A stretch of 64,000 nt of DNA from an uncultured Actinomycetota bacterium. Lineage in GTDB: Bacteria; Actinomycetota; Actinomycetes; JAHEKZ01. The stretch spans positions 1,920,001 through 1,984,000 of the forward strand of contig CAWHIJ010000003.1 in the NCBI GenBank assembly GCA_963829525.1, written 5' to 3'. This document shows positions 33,046 to 43,418 of this stretch, in pieces (the stretch's first letter is position 1; every line of letters starts with the position of its first letter). Both the position numbers and the translations under genes were made by a program. A model generated the notes under the pieces. That model made no database searches. It saw only the letters and a list, made by a program, of their open reading frames with translations, and was not told where the DNA came from.

Positions 33046-35238
33046 ATGGCAGACAAGGGAGGCATCGCCAATGGCGGTGCCAGTGGCGGTTCAGGTGGTG
33101 GTGCTGGCGGGGCGACGCCGTCGGCCAGCAACCCCAGCACGATCCGAAACGTGGTGCTCGTTGGCCACAGCGGGGCTGGGAAGACCACTTTGGTCGAGGC
33201 GTTGCTGGCCGCCACCGGGACCATCGCTCGCGCCGGCCGCGTTGAGGATGGCACCACCGTCTCAGACTTCGACGAGGCCGAGCACCGTCAGAACCGCAGC
33301 GTCTCCCTCAGCCTCGCGCCATTGCAGCATGACGGCGTCAAGATCAACCTGCTCGACACCCCCGGCTATCCCGACTTCGTCGGCGACCTCCGGGCCGGCC
33401 TCAGGGCCGCTGATGCCGCACTCTTCGTCATCGCCGCAACCGATGGCATCGACGGGATGACCCGCCTGCTGTGGGAGGAGTGCGCCGCGGTCGGGATGCC
33501 GCGTGCGGTGGTGGTGACAAAGCTGGATGCACCGCGGGCTGACTACGACGAGGCCCTCTTCGCCGCCCAAAGCACCTTCGGCGACGGGGTGATGCCTCTC
33601 TACTTGCCGATGCTCGCCGACGACGACTCTCTTGGCGGCTTGATCGCACTGCTGTCACAGCAGGTCGACGACTACACGTCGGGTGTTCGGGTCGAGCGCA
33701 AGCCGGAGCCGCAGCATATCGAGATGATCGAGCCTGCGCGCGCAACCCTGCTCGAGGCAATCATCGCCGAGAGCGAGGACGAGACCCTGATGGACCGCTA
33801 CCTCGCCGGTGAGGAGGTCGACATCGACACGCTCATCGACGACCTCGAGAAGGCGGTTGCACGCGGCTCCTTCTACCCGGTGGTGCCGGTAGCAGCCTCC
33901 ACCGGCATGGGACTTGTCGAACTGCTCGAGGTGATGACCCGTGGGTTCCCCAGCCCTCTCGAGCACACGGTTCCCCCGGTTTCCACCCCGGACGGAGCCC
34001 CACAGGGCCCGTTGACGGCCGATCCCTCCGGCCCGCTCGTCGCCGAGGTGGTCAAGACGGTCAGCGACCCGTACGTGGGCCGGATCTCACTGGTGCGAGT
34101 CTTCTCAGGAACGCTTCGCCCTGACATGGTGGTCCACGTCTCCGGTCACGGACTGACAGACCGCGGCCACGAGGACCACGACGTGGATGAGAAGGTCGGT
34201 GCGCTCTCGTCTCCGCTAGGCAAGACCCAACGCCCGCTGGCCAAGGCAGTGGCCGGCGATGTCTGCGCAGTTGCCAAGCTCACCCGTGCCGAGACCGGCG
34301 ACACACTCTCAGGCAAGGAGCGGCCGCTGTTGATGCAGTCCTGGCAGATGCCCGATCCGCTGCTACCCGTTGCCATCGTGGCCAGGAGCAAGGCTGACGA
34401 AGACAAGCTCTCGCAGAGCCTGGCGCGGCTCGTCGCCGAAGACCCGACGATGCGGCTGGAGCACAGTCACGAAACCGGCCAGGTAGTCCTCTGGACGATG
34501 GGTGAGGCGCACATCGACGTTCTTCTCGATCGGCTCGCCAGCCGCTACGGCGTTTCAGTCGACACCGTGCCACTCCGCGTCGCGCTCAGAGAGACCTTCG
34601 CCGGTGCATCCAAGGGTCATGGGCGCCATGTCAAGCAGTCCGGTGGCCACGGACAGTTCGCCATCTGCGACATCGAGGTCGAGCCGCTGCCGCAAGGCAC
34701 CGGCTTCGAGTTCGTCGACAAGGTGGTGGGGGGATCGGTCCCCCGGCAGTTCATTCCGAGCGTCGAGAAGGGTGTGCGGGCCCAGATGGAGAAGGGTGTC
34801 GGAGCCGGGTATCCGATGGTCGACGTCCGCGTCACCCTCGTTGATGGAAAGGCGCACTCCGTCGACTCATCGGACATGGCCTTTCAGATGGCCGGTGGGC
34901 ACGCCCTGCGCGATGCCGCGGAGCAGTCCCAGATCCTGCTGCTCGAGCCCGTTGACGAGGTGTCGGTGCTCGTCGATGACGACTTCGTCGGCGCCGTCAT
35001 GGGAGACCTGTCGTCTCGCCGAGGTCATGTGGTGGGTACCGAGCCTCTCCCTGGTGCCATCGGAGATCGCGGACGCACGCTTGTGCGCGCCGAGGTGCCG
35101 CAGCTGGAGATCGTCAGGTACGCGATCGACCTACGGTCGATGTCACACGGAACCGGAACCTTTACCCGTCGCTACGCAAGGCATGATGCAATGCCGCCCC
35201 AGGTATCGGCCAAGGTGCTGGCTGAGGCTGCCGAGTAG
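33046..35238 (+). CDS. Elongation factor G-like protein EF-G2
   Basis: GHSGAGKTT, DTPGYPDF, TKLD, MGEAH, KQSGGHGQFA, HSVDSSDMAF; divergent from pgsA as in other actinobacteria. Confidence 0.93.
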   Translation: MADKGGIANGGASGGSGGGAGGATPSASNPSTIRNVVLVGHSGAGKTTLVEALLAATGTIARAGRVEDGTTVSDFDEAEHRQNRSVSLSLAPLQHDGVKINLLDTPGYPDFVGDLRAGLRAADAALFVIAATDGIDGMTRLLWEECAAVGMPRAVVVTKLDAPRADYDEALFAAQSTFGDGVMPLYLPMLADDDSLGGLIALLSQQVDDYTSGVRVERKPEPQHIEMIEPARATLLEAIIAESEDETLMDRYLAGEEVDIDTLIDDLEKAVARGSFYPVVPVAASTGMGLVELLEVMTRGFPSPLEHTVPPVSTPDGAPQGPLTADPSGPLVAEVVKTVSDPYVGRISLVRVFSGTLRPDMVVHVSGHGLTDRGHEDHDVDEKVGALSSPLGKTQRPLAKAVAGDVCAVAKLTRAETGDTLSGKERPLLMQSWQMPDPLLPVAIVARSKADEDKLSQSLARLVAEDPTMRLEHSHETGQVVLWTMGEAHIDVLLDRLASRYGVSVDTVPLRVALRETFAGASKGHGRHVKQSGGHGQFAICDIEVEPLPQGTGFEFVDKVVGGSVPRQFIPSVEKGVRAQMEKGVGAGYPMVDVRVTLVDGKAHSVDSSDMAFQMAGGHALRDAAEQSQILLLEPVDEVSVLVDDDFVGAVMGDLSSRRGHVVGTEPLPGAIGDRGRTLVRAEVPQLEIVRYAIDLRSMSHGTGTFTRRYARHDAMPPQVSAKVLAEAAE

Positions 35239-35293
35239 TGGCGCTGCCCTAAGGTGACGCCGTGATGTCACCGGACCGGAACCAACGACTCGA

Positions 35294-35773
35294 ATGCTGA
35301 GCGATCAGGCTGGGGTGCTCAGCGTCGTTGGCCGGCGGGCGCGAATGGTTACCGCCGCAGTTGTCTTTGGGCTCTTGACGGTGGGTGCCTTTGTCGGCCA
35401 GGACGACCACTTTCCGTTCGGGCCCTTCCGGATGTATGCCACCAGCAGTCAAGCAACTGGCGAAATTGCGGTGGTCGCCTTCGAGGTCAAGACCGAGGGC
35501 GGCGATTGGACGCTTGTCCGCCCATCACCAGGAACGGTCGGTATGAACGTTGCCGAGTTCGAAGGGCAGCTACCGCGTTTTGAGGAGGATCCCGACCTCC
35601 TGGCTGCTGTGGCCGCCAGCCGCGCCGCGCTGCATCCCGACGAACCCGAGTGGACCGACCTGCGAATCGTCCGACAGGCAACAGTGGTCGTCGACAAGGT
35701 GCCGACCGGAGAAGTCGTCGAGACCGTCCTCGCGGAGTGGACGGCCACACCCGACGATGGCCAGGCGGGCTGA
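35294..35773 (+). CDS. Membrane-anchored hypothetical protein, partner of HTTM-like gene
   Basis: TM helix followed by DDHFPFGPFRMYA; TGATG-coupled to next gene. Confidence 0.7.
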   Translation: MLSDQAGVLSVVGRRARMVTAAVVFGLLTVGAFVGQDDHFPFGPFRMYATSSQATGEIAVVAFEVKTEGGDWTLVRPSPGTVGMNVAEFEGQLPRFEEDPDLLAAVAASRAALHPDEPEWTDLRIVRQATVVVDKVPTGEVVETVLAEWTATPDDGQAG

Positions 35774-36666
35774 TGAGCATGTCTATCCGCGCCGAGCATC
35801 GGTCGGGAATCTCGATCGGGAAGAGGACCTTTGGCTCGGTGAGCCGTTGGTGGTTCACGCCGGTTCCGCGGGCACGGATTGCTGCGTTCCGGGTGCTCGT
35901 CTACGCGTTCTTGCCAATTGACATGCTTGTCCTGCGCCCCTGGGGCGCTGCGCACGGTTACGTCGACTCCGACCTCTACCGCCCCCTGATGATCGGGCGA
36001 CTGCTGCCGCTCCCTACGCCGACTCCGACGATGGTCCACCTCGTGCAGTACGGAGCTGTCGCCGTCTCGGTCACACTTGTCGCCCTCGTGGCGAGCAACC
36101 GCGCACCACGGCTACAGACCTGGCTCGGTGCCAGCGTCTTCTTGCTCTACCTCGAGTGGATGGTAATCAGCTTCTCGTACGGAAAGGTTGACCACGACCG
36201 CTTCGCCTTCTTGGTCGCGCTGGCGGTCCTGCCGACTGCCGGACGGGCAGGCCTGCGCGACATGACATTGTCACAAGGAGCCGGCTGGGCGCTCCGGATG
36301 GTGCAGGTCGGCGTGGTGGCAACGTACTTCTACGCTGCGGTCGCCAAGGTTCGGTTCGGGGGGTGGGGCTGGGTCAACTCCACCACCATTGCGCGTGCGG
36401 TGATCCGCCGGGGGACCATGTTCGCCGACCCCCTCCTGCAAATGCCCTGGACACTGCAGTTGACGCAGTGGTTCATCATCGCTGTCGAGTTCGCATCCCC
36501 TGCCTTGCTTTTCGTACGACCGAAGATCCAGCAGTATGCGGTGGCGTTCTTGGTCGCCTTCCACGTCATGACGTTCTTGATGATCCGCATCATCTTCATG
36601 CCGCACGTTGTGTGCCTCGCCGCATTTCTGCCACTGGAGCGTGTCCTTAACCGCGCAGCGAAGTGA
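35773..36666 (+). CDS. HTTM-like multi-pass membrane protein
   Basis: SYGKVDHD, TYFYAAVAK, EFASPALLF, FHVMTFLMIRIIF; several TM helices. Confidence 0.65.
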   Translation: MSMSIRAEHRSGISIGKRTFGSVSRWWFTPVPRARIAAFRVLVYAFLPIDMLVLRPWGAAHGYVDSDLYRPLMIGRLLPLPTPTPTMVHLVQYGAVAVSVTLVALVASNRAPRLQTWLGASVFLLYLEWMVISFSYGKVDHDRFAFLVALAVLPTAGRAGLRDMTLSQGAGWALRMVQVGVVATYFYAAVAKVRFGGWGWVNSTTIARAVIRRGTMFADPLLQMPWTLQLTQWFIIAVEFASPALLFVRPKIQQYAVAFLVAFHVMTFLMIRIIFMPHVVCLAAFLPLERVLNRAAK

Positions 36667-37189
36667 CGGCACCGCCCGGCCAGCAAGCGCGCAGTGCATC
36701 ACGGGTGTCGTGAAGCGACTGCGGCATCACCTTTGTCTGGGCGACCACTGGCATGAAGTTGGTGTCGCCGCCCCAACGTGGCACTACATGCTGATGTAGG
36801 TGCCCTGCGATGCCGGCACCTCCGACCGCACCCTGGTTCATGCCGAGATTGAATCCGTGCGGCTCCATCGCTTCCTGTAGAGCAGTGATCGTCTGCTGCG
36901 TGAGGTCGGCGAGCTCGTGCGCTTCGTCGGGTGAGAGGTCAACGAACCCAGCGACATGGCGATACGTGCAGACCAGTGCGTGCCCGGGGTTGTACGGGTA
37001 AAGATTCAGCACAACGTAGGTGTGCTCACCACGCGCGACCACCAGCGATGCGTCATCGGGTTCAACCGGCGCCCGGCAGAAAGGACAGCCGTCACCGGGT
37101 TCAGTGGAGTCAGGACGGTTCTCTCCCTGGATGTACGCGAGTCGGTCCGGGGCCCACAACCTCTGGATGCCGTCAGGGTCGGACGCCAT
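36647..37189 (-). CDS. HIT domain protein (Ap4A phosphorylase-like)
   Basis: CPFC, NLYPYNPGH, HLHQHVVPRW; downstream of thrS. Confidence 0.92.
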   Translation of the reverse strand: MASDPDGIQRLWAPDRLAYIQGENRPDSTEPGDGCPFCRAPVEPDDASLVVARGEHTYVVLNLYPYNPGHALVCTYRHVAGFVDLSPDEAHELADLTQQTITALQEAMEPHGFNLGMNQGAVGGAGIAGHLHQHVVPRWGGDTNFMPVVAQTKVMPQSLHDTRDALRACWPGGAVTSLRG

Positions 37190-37201
37190 GGCAGAGCCGG
37201 C

Positions 37202-39190
37202 CTACGCCCGACGCTCGGCCACGTCGGAGACGATCCGTGCTACTGCGACCGAGACAGGGATGCCGTTCTCCTGCGTGCCGTCTCGGAAGCGGAAGGAGAC
37301 TGCGCCCTTGCTGACATCCTCATCACCGGCAAGCAACATGAACGGAACCTTTTGCTTCTGGGCGGTGCGAATCTTCTTCTGCATCCGGTCATCGGACTCA
37401 TCCACCTCGACTCGGATGCCCTGTGTACGCAGCTGTGCGGCGACGTCTTTCAGGTACTCAACGTGTGCGTCCGAAATTGGGATCCCGACCACCTGCACCG
37501 GAGCCAGCCAGGCAGGGAACGCCCCCGCGTAGTGCTCGAGCAGGACCCCGAAGAACCTCTCGATCGAGCCGAATAGAGCGCGATGGATCATGACCGGTCG
37601 TTGTCTTGTGCCGTCAGCGGCTTGGTACTCCAGCTCGAAGAGCTGGGGCAGCTGGAAGTCCACCTGGATCGTCGACATCTGCCAGGTGCGTCCGATGGCG
37701 TCCTTGGTCTGGACCGAGATCTTGGGACCGTAAAAGGCAGCGCCGCCCTCGTCCATGACGAGATCGAGGTTCTGCTTCTCGGCCGCAAGACGCAGGGTCT
37801 CGGTGGCTTCGGCCCACTCTGAATCCCCGCCGACATATTTCTCATTGTTGCGAGTGGAGAGCTCAAGGTAGAAGTCGTCAAGCCCATAGTCGCGAAGCAG
37901 GTCGAGCACGAAGGTGAGAAGACTGTCGAGCTCGGCAGGCATCTGCTCCTTGGTGCAGTAGATGTGCGCATCATCTTGCGTCATCCCCCGTACTCGGGTC
38001 AGTCCATGGACAACGCCCGACTTCTCGTACCGGTACACCGACCCGAACTCGAAGAGTCGTAACGGCAGCTCGCGGTAGGAACGTCCCCGCGACCGATAGA
38101 TCAGGTTGTGGAACGGGCAGTTCATCGGCTTCAGATAGTAGTTCTGTCCAGGACGCCGGACGTTCCCGTCGTCGTCGTACTCCGCATCCAGATGCATGGG
38201 CGGGTACATCCCGTCGGCATACCAGTCGAGGTGTCCGGAGGTCTCGAAGAGTGCCTGCTTGGTGATGTGCGGCGAGTAGACGAACTCATACCCCGACTCT
38301 TCATGTCGGCGTCGCGAGTAGTCCTCCATGACCCGGCGAACAGTCCCACCCTTTGGGTGGAAGACCGCGAGCCCAGAGCCGATCTCGTCAGGGAAGGAGA
38401 AGAGGTCCAGCTCAGCGCCAAGCCGCCGATGGTCACGACGCTCAGCCTCGTCGAGGAAGGCTAAATACTGGACGAGTTCGTCCTTGGTCGGCCAAGCCGT
38501 GCCGTAGATGCGCTGCAGCTGCGGGTTCTTCTCGCTACCGCGCCAGTACGCGGCCGCCGAGCGCATCAGTTTGAAGCTTGGGATATGCCTGGTCGAGGGC
38601 AGGTGTGGACCCCGGCAAAGGTCTTGCCATTTCCGCTCCCCACTCTTGGCATCGATGTTCTCGTAGATGGTGAGCTCGGCGCCCCCTACCTCCATCACGT
38701 CATCGTCGACGGCACCACCTTTGAGGCCTATCAGCTCGAGCTTGTAAGGCTCGTGGGAGAGCTCGTCGCGTGCCTCGCTCTCGGAGATGACTCGGCGCCC
38801 GAAGCGTTGCCCGGACTTGACGATCTGCTGCATTCGCTTCTCAAGGAGCTTGATGTCCTCCGGGGTGAAGGGTGTGTCGACATCGAAGTCGTAGTAGAAG
38901 CCGTCCTTGATCGGAGGCCCGATGCCCAGCTTTGCGTCTGGGAACGTGTCCTGTACCGCCTGGGCTAGCACGTGGGCACAAGAGTGACGGAGCACAGCAA
39001 GACCGTCGGCTGAATCGATGAGCACCGGATCTACCTCGTCACCGGCGGCGAGAACGTGCTTGAGGTCGCGCAGCTCACCATTGATGCGCGCGACGACGAT
39101 GGCTCGATCGGCCGCAAAGAGGTCGGCCGCCGTGGTTCCCGACGCCACCTGCTGCGCACCTCCAGCAACGGTGATGGTGAGGTCGGACAC
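37202..39190 (-). CDS. thrS: Threonine--tRNA ligase
   Basis: [46 protein letters not shown]. Confidence 0.97.
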   Translation of the reverse strand: MSDLTITVAGGAQQVASGTTAADLFAADRAIVVARINGELRDLKHVLAAGDEVDPVLIDSADGLAVLRHSCAHVLAQAVQDTFPDAKLGIGPPIKDGFYYDFDVDTPFTPEDIKLLEKRMQQIVKSGQRFGRRVISESEARDELSHEPYKLELIGLKGGAVDDDVMEVGGAELTIYENIDAKSGERKWQDLCRGPHLPSTRHIPSFKLMRSAAAYWRGSEKNPQLQRIYGTAWPTKDELVQYLAFLDEAERRDHRRLGAELDLFSFPDEIGSGLAVFHPKGGTVRRVMEDYSRRRHEESGYEFVYSPHITKQALFETSGHLDWYADGMYPPMHLDAEYDDDGNVRRPGQNYYLKPMNCPFHNLIYRSRGRSYRELPLRLFEFGSVYRYEKSGVVHGLTRVRGMTQDDAHIYCTKEQMPAELDSLLTFVLDLLRDYGLDDFYLELSTRNNEKYVGGDSEWAEATETLRLAAEKQNLDLVMDEGGAAFYGPKISVQTKDAIGRTWQMSTIQVDFQLPQLFELEYQAADGTRQRPVMIHRALFGSIERFFGVLLEHYAGAFPAWLAPVQVVGIPISDAHVEYLKDVAAQLRTQGIRVEVDESDDRMQKKIRTAQKQKVPFMLLAGDEDVSKGAVSFRFRDGTQENGIPVSVAVARIVSDVAERRA

Positions 39191-39261
39191 AGGATGCTCC
39201 TCGGCAGTTGCGTGATGTCGCCACGATCGTATCGAGCCGGCTCCCCAACACCCTTCGCGGC

Positions 39262-40560
39262 TTACCGCCGCTGCACCCGCATTCGCCAGAGCACGCCGTC
39301 GTAAGTGACCGCGTAGATCTCGCCCTGGTCGTCGACACCGAACGAGGTTGCACCGATCCCGCCACCGAGCCGCTGCGGTTGGAGCACCCGGCCGGCCTTC
39401 GCGCGATAGAGCCAGACTCTTCGAGTCACGAAGTCGGCGAAGATGTAGGTACCACCGAGCTGACGCTGGTAACGCTGGCCCCGGTAGACGTAGCCGCCGG
39501 TGATCGACTCAGCTGTGTCGTGACGCACCACTGTCACCGGTCCCACGTAGTCGATCGAGTTCCGACAACGGCCGGCGTTATAGGTGCTCCGCCCCTCTTT
39601 GCATGACCACCCGAGGTGAATACGTCGCGGGTGTGGTCCGACCCGGTCGATCTCCTCGTACGCGTCCTGCCCGACATCACCGATCCAGAGGTCGTCGGTG
39701 CGGTCGTCAAAGCTGAATCGCCAGGGGTTTCGCAGGCCCATGAGCCAGATTTCGTTCTTCCCTCGCTTCCCGACGAATGGGTTTCCGTCCGGTACGCAGT
39801 AGCGGCGATCCCGGCAACTTCCGTACGGGTTGATACGAAGGATCTTGCCCCGCAGGTCGCTCCTGTCACCCGCCGCGTTGAAGGGGTCACCGCCTCCCCC
39901 GCCATCGCCGACCCCGATGTAGAGCCGCTTGTTCGGACCAAAGGCGAGCTGGCCCCCATAGTGGTTGTCGTAGGTCGGATGGGGCACCCGCAGCACGGTC
40001 CGCAACGTCTTGGTGGACACCCGGGTCGCTCCGGCATTCTGCGCTCTCATGCGCGCCACCACAAGGTCACCGTTGCCTTCTGCCGTGTATGTCACCCAGA
40101 GCAGTCCATCCCGACGAAAGCTCGGGCTGAAGGCCAGCGACAGCAACCCGCCTTCCCCAGCTGGGTTGACGCGGCCACCGATCGACAGGTACGGCTTGGC
40201 TGCTACCCGCCCGTCTCGCACGATGCGTACAACGCCCCCCTTCTGCACGACGAAGAGGCGCTTCCGACCGTCGGGAGCTGAGGTGACTTCCGTCGGCTGG
40301 CTCAGCGAGGAGGTCACTCGCTGCCATCGAACCTCGAACCGCCGGAGCGGAGCCTTTCGGGTCGTGGCGTCGTTGCCGGCCGAGGTCGAGCTGGAAGCTC
40401 TGGACGGCCCGCCTGCGGCCCCCGGATCAACCGACACGGACGCGTCAAGCTCACCCGCTGCGGGCGATGGGGCCGAAATGAGGCTCCCTAACACAAGCGC
40501 CAGGCCCATCGAGCCTGCGAGGAGCCGACGACGGGGAAGGTACGCACGGTTCGGAGTCAT
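39262..40560 (-). CDS. Secreted PQQ-dependent sugar (glucose/sorbosone) dehydrogenase family beta-propeller
   Basis: Tat-like RRRLL signal, [47 protein letters not shown]. Confidence 0.9.
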   Translation of the reverse strand: MTPNRAYLPRRRLLAGSMGLALVLGSLISAPSPAAGELDASVSVDPGAAGGPSRASSSTSAGNDATTRKAPLRRFEVRWQRVTSSLSQPTEVTSAPDGRKRLFVVQKGGVVRIVRDGRVAAKPYLSIGGRVNPAGEGGLLSLAFSPSFRRDGLLWVTYTAEGNGDLVVARMRAQNAGATRVSTKTLRTVLRVPHPTYDNHYGGQLAFGPNKRLYIGVGDGGGGGDPFNAAGDRSDLRGKILRINPYGSCRDRRYCVPDGNPFVGKRGKNEIWLMGLRNPWRFSFDDRTDDLWIGDVGQDAYEEIDRVGPHPRRIHLGWSCKEGRSTYNAGRCRNSIDYVGPVTVVRHDTAESITGGYVYRGQRYQRQLGGTYIFADFVTRRVWLYRAKAGRVLQPQRLGGGIGATSFGVDDQGEIYAVTYDGVLWRMRVQRR

Positions 40561-40775
40561 TCAGTCATCGTGCGACTTCGAAGGCTTGATCACAAGCACC
40601 CAGATGTGGCTGGACTACACAACCGCAGATGAGACTAATGACACCTAGGCGGTCGGAAAAGCTCCGGCGGCTCAAAACAGGTAGATCCCCAGGACAACCC
40701 CGCTAGCAGCGAGTTGACACACGGGAAACTCTTACCCGAAGAGGGAGGCGCTTAGGCCTCTGACCTGCTCTTGCA

Positions 40776-40852
40776 TGGTGGGCGATGGCGGACTCGAACC
40801 GCCGACCTCTTCGGTGTGAACGAAGCGCTCTAACCAACTGAGCTAACCGCCC
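40776..40852 (-). tRNA. tRNA-Val(CAC)
   Basis: GGGCGGTTAGCTCAGTTGG...CTTCG-TT-CAC-AC-CGAAG...GGTTCGAGTCC...ATCGCCC-A-CCA cloverleaf. Confidence 0.97.
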
Positions 40853-40876
40853 TAGTGGCCCGAGAGCCTATCGCAG

Positions 40877-40915
40877 CGTTGAGCCCGGGCACGCACAGCG
40901 TGTCCGGGCTCAACG
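40877..40915 (-). terminator. 18-bp stem hairpin downstream of the secreted SOD/CHRD-like gene
   Basis: CGTTGAGCCCGGGCACGC-ACA-GCGTGTCCGGGCTCAACG, one non-Watson-Crick pair. Confidence 0.7.
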
Positions 40916-40961
40916 GTCGTACGGGTCGTTACCTCAGCGTGACTGCTTCAGCGTCGGTAAC

Positions 40962-41612
40962 TCACCGGTTGCGCAGCACCCCACACAGCGCTGGGTCAGT
41001 CGCCTCAGCGGGAAGGGTGGGGTCAAGCTCACTCTTGCCGGCACTCTTGAAGTCGTACCTTCCGTTGCCGTTGTAGTCGACACCGTGGATGACGATGACG
41101 CCCTTTCCGTTCTTGATTGCTCTAGCAACGGCCTTGCTCTTGAAGGTGATTGCACGGTCATAGTGGATGTCACCTCTTGGCGCCGTGGGGAACCGGTCGA
41201 CAGCGAGAGCGCTCGCGGGAGAGGTGTCGCCACTGGTGGTGAGTGACTTCTTGATGCCACCGTAAGCAGGAAGACCCTCCGCAACATTCACCCGGAAGTC
41301 GTTGTTCGTGTCGTCCTTGATCGTGGGGCACTCGTGGCGTGCCTCTTTGCCGAAGTGCACGTGCTCCGCGTGCGGTAGTCCCTTCGCCAGGTTGAACGCG
41401 TCCAGGTGCACATGCGCCTTACGGCCTTCGAATCGCACCTTCACATGGCCGTAGGCGCCTGAGCTGTTGAGTGGCAGCAGATGTCCCTGCAAGTGGACGC
41501 CGGTCGCCTGGCTGGCTCGATCGGCACCGTCCGAGGCCGCCGCCGCCGTTCCCGCAGCCGCGATCATGACGGCAGCGCCAAGTGCCGTGCCTGCTCTTCC
41601 AAGTCGATGCAT
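40962..41612 (-). CDS. Secreted protein with Cu/Zn-SOD-like / CHRD-like fold
   Basis: Signal peptide; PHAEHVH, ECP, VIVIHG, terminal CGVL; AAGGAG RBS. Confidence 0.6.
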   Translation of the reverse strand: MHRLGRAGTALGAAVMIAAAGTAAAASDGADRASQATGVHLQGHLLPLNSSGAYGHVKVRFEGRKAHVHLDAFNLAKGLPHAEHVHFGKEARHECPTIKDDTNNDFRVNVAEGLPAYGGIKKSLTTSGDTSPASALAVDRFPTAPRGDIHYDRAITFKSKAVARAIKNGKGVIVIHGVDYNGNGRYDFKSAGKSELDPTLPAEATDPALCGVLRNR

Positions 41613-41664
41613 ACCTGCTCCTTCGATTCGAGTCTTTCGCCACCCTCCGGTTGGCAGGTTGCTC

Positions 41665-41691
41665 TTGCCCTGCCGGATGTAGGGCTAAACC
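41665..41691 (-). promoter_or_regulatory. Putative SigB/SigF-type stress promoter
   Basis: GGTTT-N16-GGGCAA, 53 bp upstream of ATG 41612. Confidence 0.55.
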
Positions 41692-41746
41692 TCATGCCAA
41701 AGGGACTTTGACGAATGACCTGCACCTGGGACGGAGCAAATCGGGG

Positions 41747-42187
41747 TCAGCCGAGCCCGAACCAGCCGAGGACCCCACTCAGCGTCCAGCCGTAGTGGTA
41801 CACGTACCAGGAGACGACTGCGGCGACCAAGAACAGTGCGATCAGACCGAGCACAGTGGTGCGTTTACGGTTCTCTGGTGACCAGGCCGAGGATGCCGCC
41901 CCTTGGGCCTTGTCCTTGGTGACGACGAGAAGTCGGTGCGCCCAGGCGTACTCGGTCGCGAGGACAGCTAGCCCCAGGAAGATGACGGCCCACCCCGGCC
42001 CGGGCAGTACCAGCATCGACAGGCCAACGAGGACGATTAAGACACCGATCGTCGTGGCAATGACGCGCCACACGAGGCGACGAACAGCACTGTCGCCAGT
42101 GGCGCGCATCTTGAGCCGGTAGAGCCAGTCAGGACCTGGGGGGTCGAAGGCCTCCTCCCCTGCGTCCGGCGGCTCTGACTGGGTCAT
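41747..42187 (-). CDS. TIGR02611 / PGPGW family membrane protein
   Basis: LVLPGPGWAVIFLGLAVLATEYAWA; ATGA overlap with hutI stop. Confidence 0.9.
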   Translation of the reverse strand: MTQSEPPDAGEEAFDPPGPDWLYRLKMRATGDSAVRRLVWRVIATTIGVLIVLVGLSMLVLPGPGWAVIFLGLAVLATEYAWAHRLLVVTKDKAQGAASSAWSPENRKRTTVLGLIALFLVAAVVSWYVYHYGWTLSGVLGWFGLG

Positions 42188-43386
42188 GGCGCAACAGTAG
42201 AGCTCGACGCTGTCGGCCACACCTGCCCACCAAGGACGGTGGCGCGGTTCGTGGACGCACCAAGCCGGGCCACGAGGTCAGCTTCGTGATCGACGTCAAG
42301 CAGAGCAAGGTCAGCGCGCGCTCCGACAGCGACGCGGCCGACGTCGCTCCGTCGCAGGGCCGCCGCTCCCCCACGCGTGGCGGCCCACAGCGCCTCATGA
42401 ACCGGCATCCCGTAGACGAGGCACGCCAGTTGCACGACATACGGCATCGACTCACACCACGAGGTTCCCGGGTTGCAGTCGGTCGAGAGCGCAAGGCTGA
42501 CGCCAGCGTCGCGCAGCACGGCGTACTGATCGAACGCAAAGGTGCGCAGCGAAAGCGTCACCGTCGGTAGAAGCACCCCGACCACGCCGGCTGCGGCCAT
42601 GGCTCTAGCGCCTTCGGGGGTGACGTGTTCGAGGTGGTCAGCACTCGCACAGCCGAGCTCAGCAGCTAAGTCAGCGGCTCCGGTGTGGGCGATCTCTTCA
42701 GCATGGAGTCGCGCACCAAGACCAACTTTGCTTGCTGCCTGTAGAATCCGTCGCGTCTCCTCCAGGGTGAAGATGCCTTCGTCGCAAAAGACATCAACCC
42801 AAGCGGCTCCTCTGGCCGCAGCCCGTGGAACGGTGGCAACCACCTCATCGACGTACTCACCCCGGTCGCGGCCATCCGGTACGACGTGCGCACCAAGGAA
42901 GGTGGCTTCGACGTTCCATGGCAGCTCACTGCCCAAGCGAGCGATCACGTCGAGACACCTGAGCTCATGCTCCGGAGTCAGGCCATAACCGGTCTTGATC
43001 TCGACGGTGGTCGTGCCATTGTCAATCATGCGATGTCCGCGTTCTGCAGCGAGCGCAAAAAGGTCCTCGTCCGAAGCTGAGCGTGTCGCCGCCACCGTTG
43101 TGGCGATTCCGCCGCCGTCGTAGGACTCCCCAGCCAGCCTGGCCACGAACTCCTCGCGCCTGCTGCCCGCCCACACCAGATGTGTGTGCGGATCGACGAA
43201 ACCAGGAATCACCAGGCGTCCAGCGGCATCGAGCTCAGGCGCCTCCGGCCCTTGCGGAAGCTCACGGTCCAGGCCCATCCACGTGATCGCGCCATCGCGT
43301 ACTCGAATGGCTGCGCCCTCGAGCACCTCACTGGCGGCGTCACGCATCGGCAGGAGACGTCCGATGTTGCGCACGAGCAGGTCCAC
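42184..43386 (-). CDS. hutI: Imidazolonepropionase
   Basis: GFVDPHTHLV, GGGIATTV, EIKTGYGL, FLGAH, DVFCDEG, LHAEE, SADHLE, STDCNPGTS. Confidence 0.93.
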   Translation of the reverse strand: MDLLVRNIGRLLPMRDAASEVLEGAAIRVRDGAITWMGLDRELPQGPEAPELDAAGRLVIPGFVDPHTHLVWAGSRREEFVARLAGESYDGGGIATTVAATRSASDEDLFALAAERGHRMIDNGTTTVEIKTGYGLTPEHELRCLDVIARLGSELPWNVEATFLGAHVVPDGRDRGEYVDEVVATVPRAAARGAAWVDVFCDEGIFTLEETRRILQAASKVGLGARLHAEEIAHTGAADLAAELGCASADHLEHVTPEGARAMAAAGVVGVLLPTVTLSLRTFAFDQYAVLRDAGVSLALSTDCNPGTSWCESMPYVVQLACLVYGMPVHEALWAATRGGAAALRRSDVGRVAVGARADLALLDVDHEADLVARLGASTNRATVLGGQVWPTASSSTVAP

Positions 43387-43418
43387 GCGCTGATGCTGTC
43401 ACGTCTAGGCTTTGAACT

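Noticed and set aside
40561-40775. Riboswitch upstream of the PQQ dehydrogenase
   Set aside because: No c-di-AMP, c-di-GMP, TPP, cobalamin or SAM consensus recognisable; an Rfam scan would be needed
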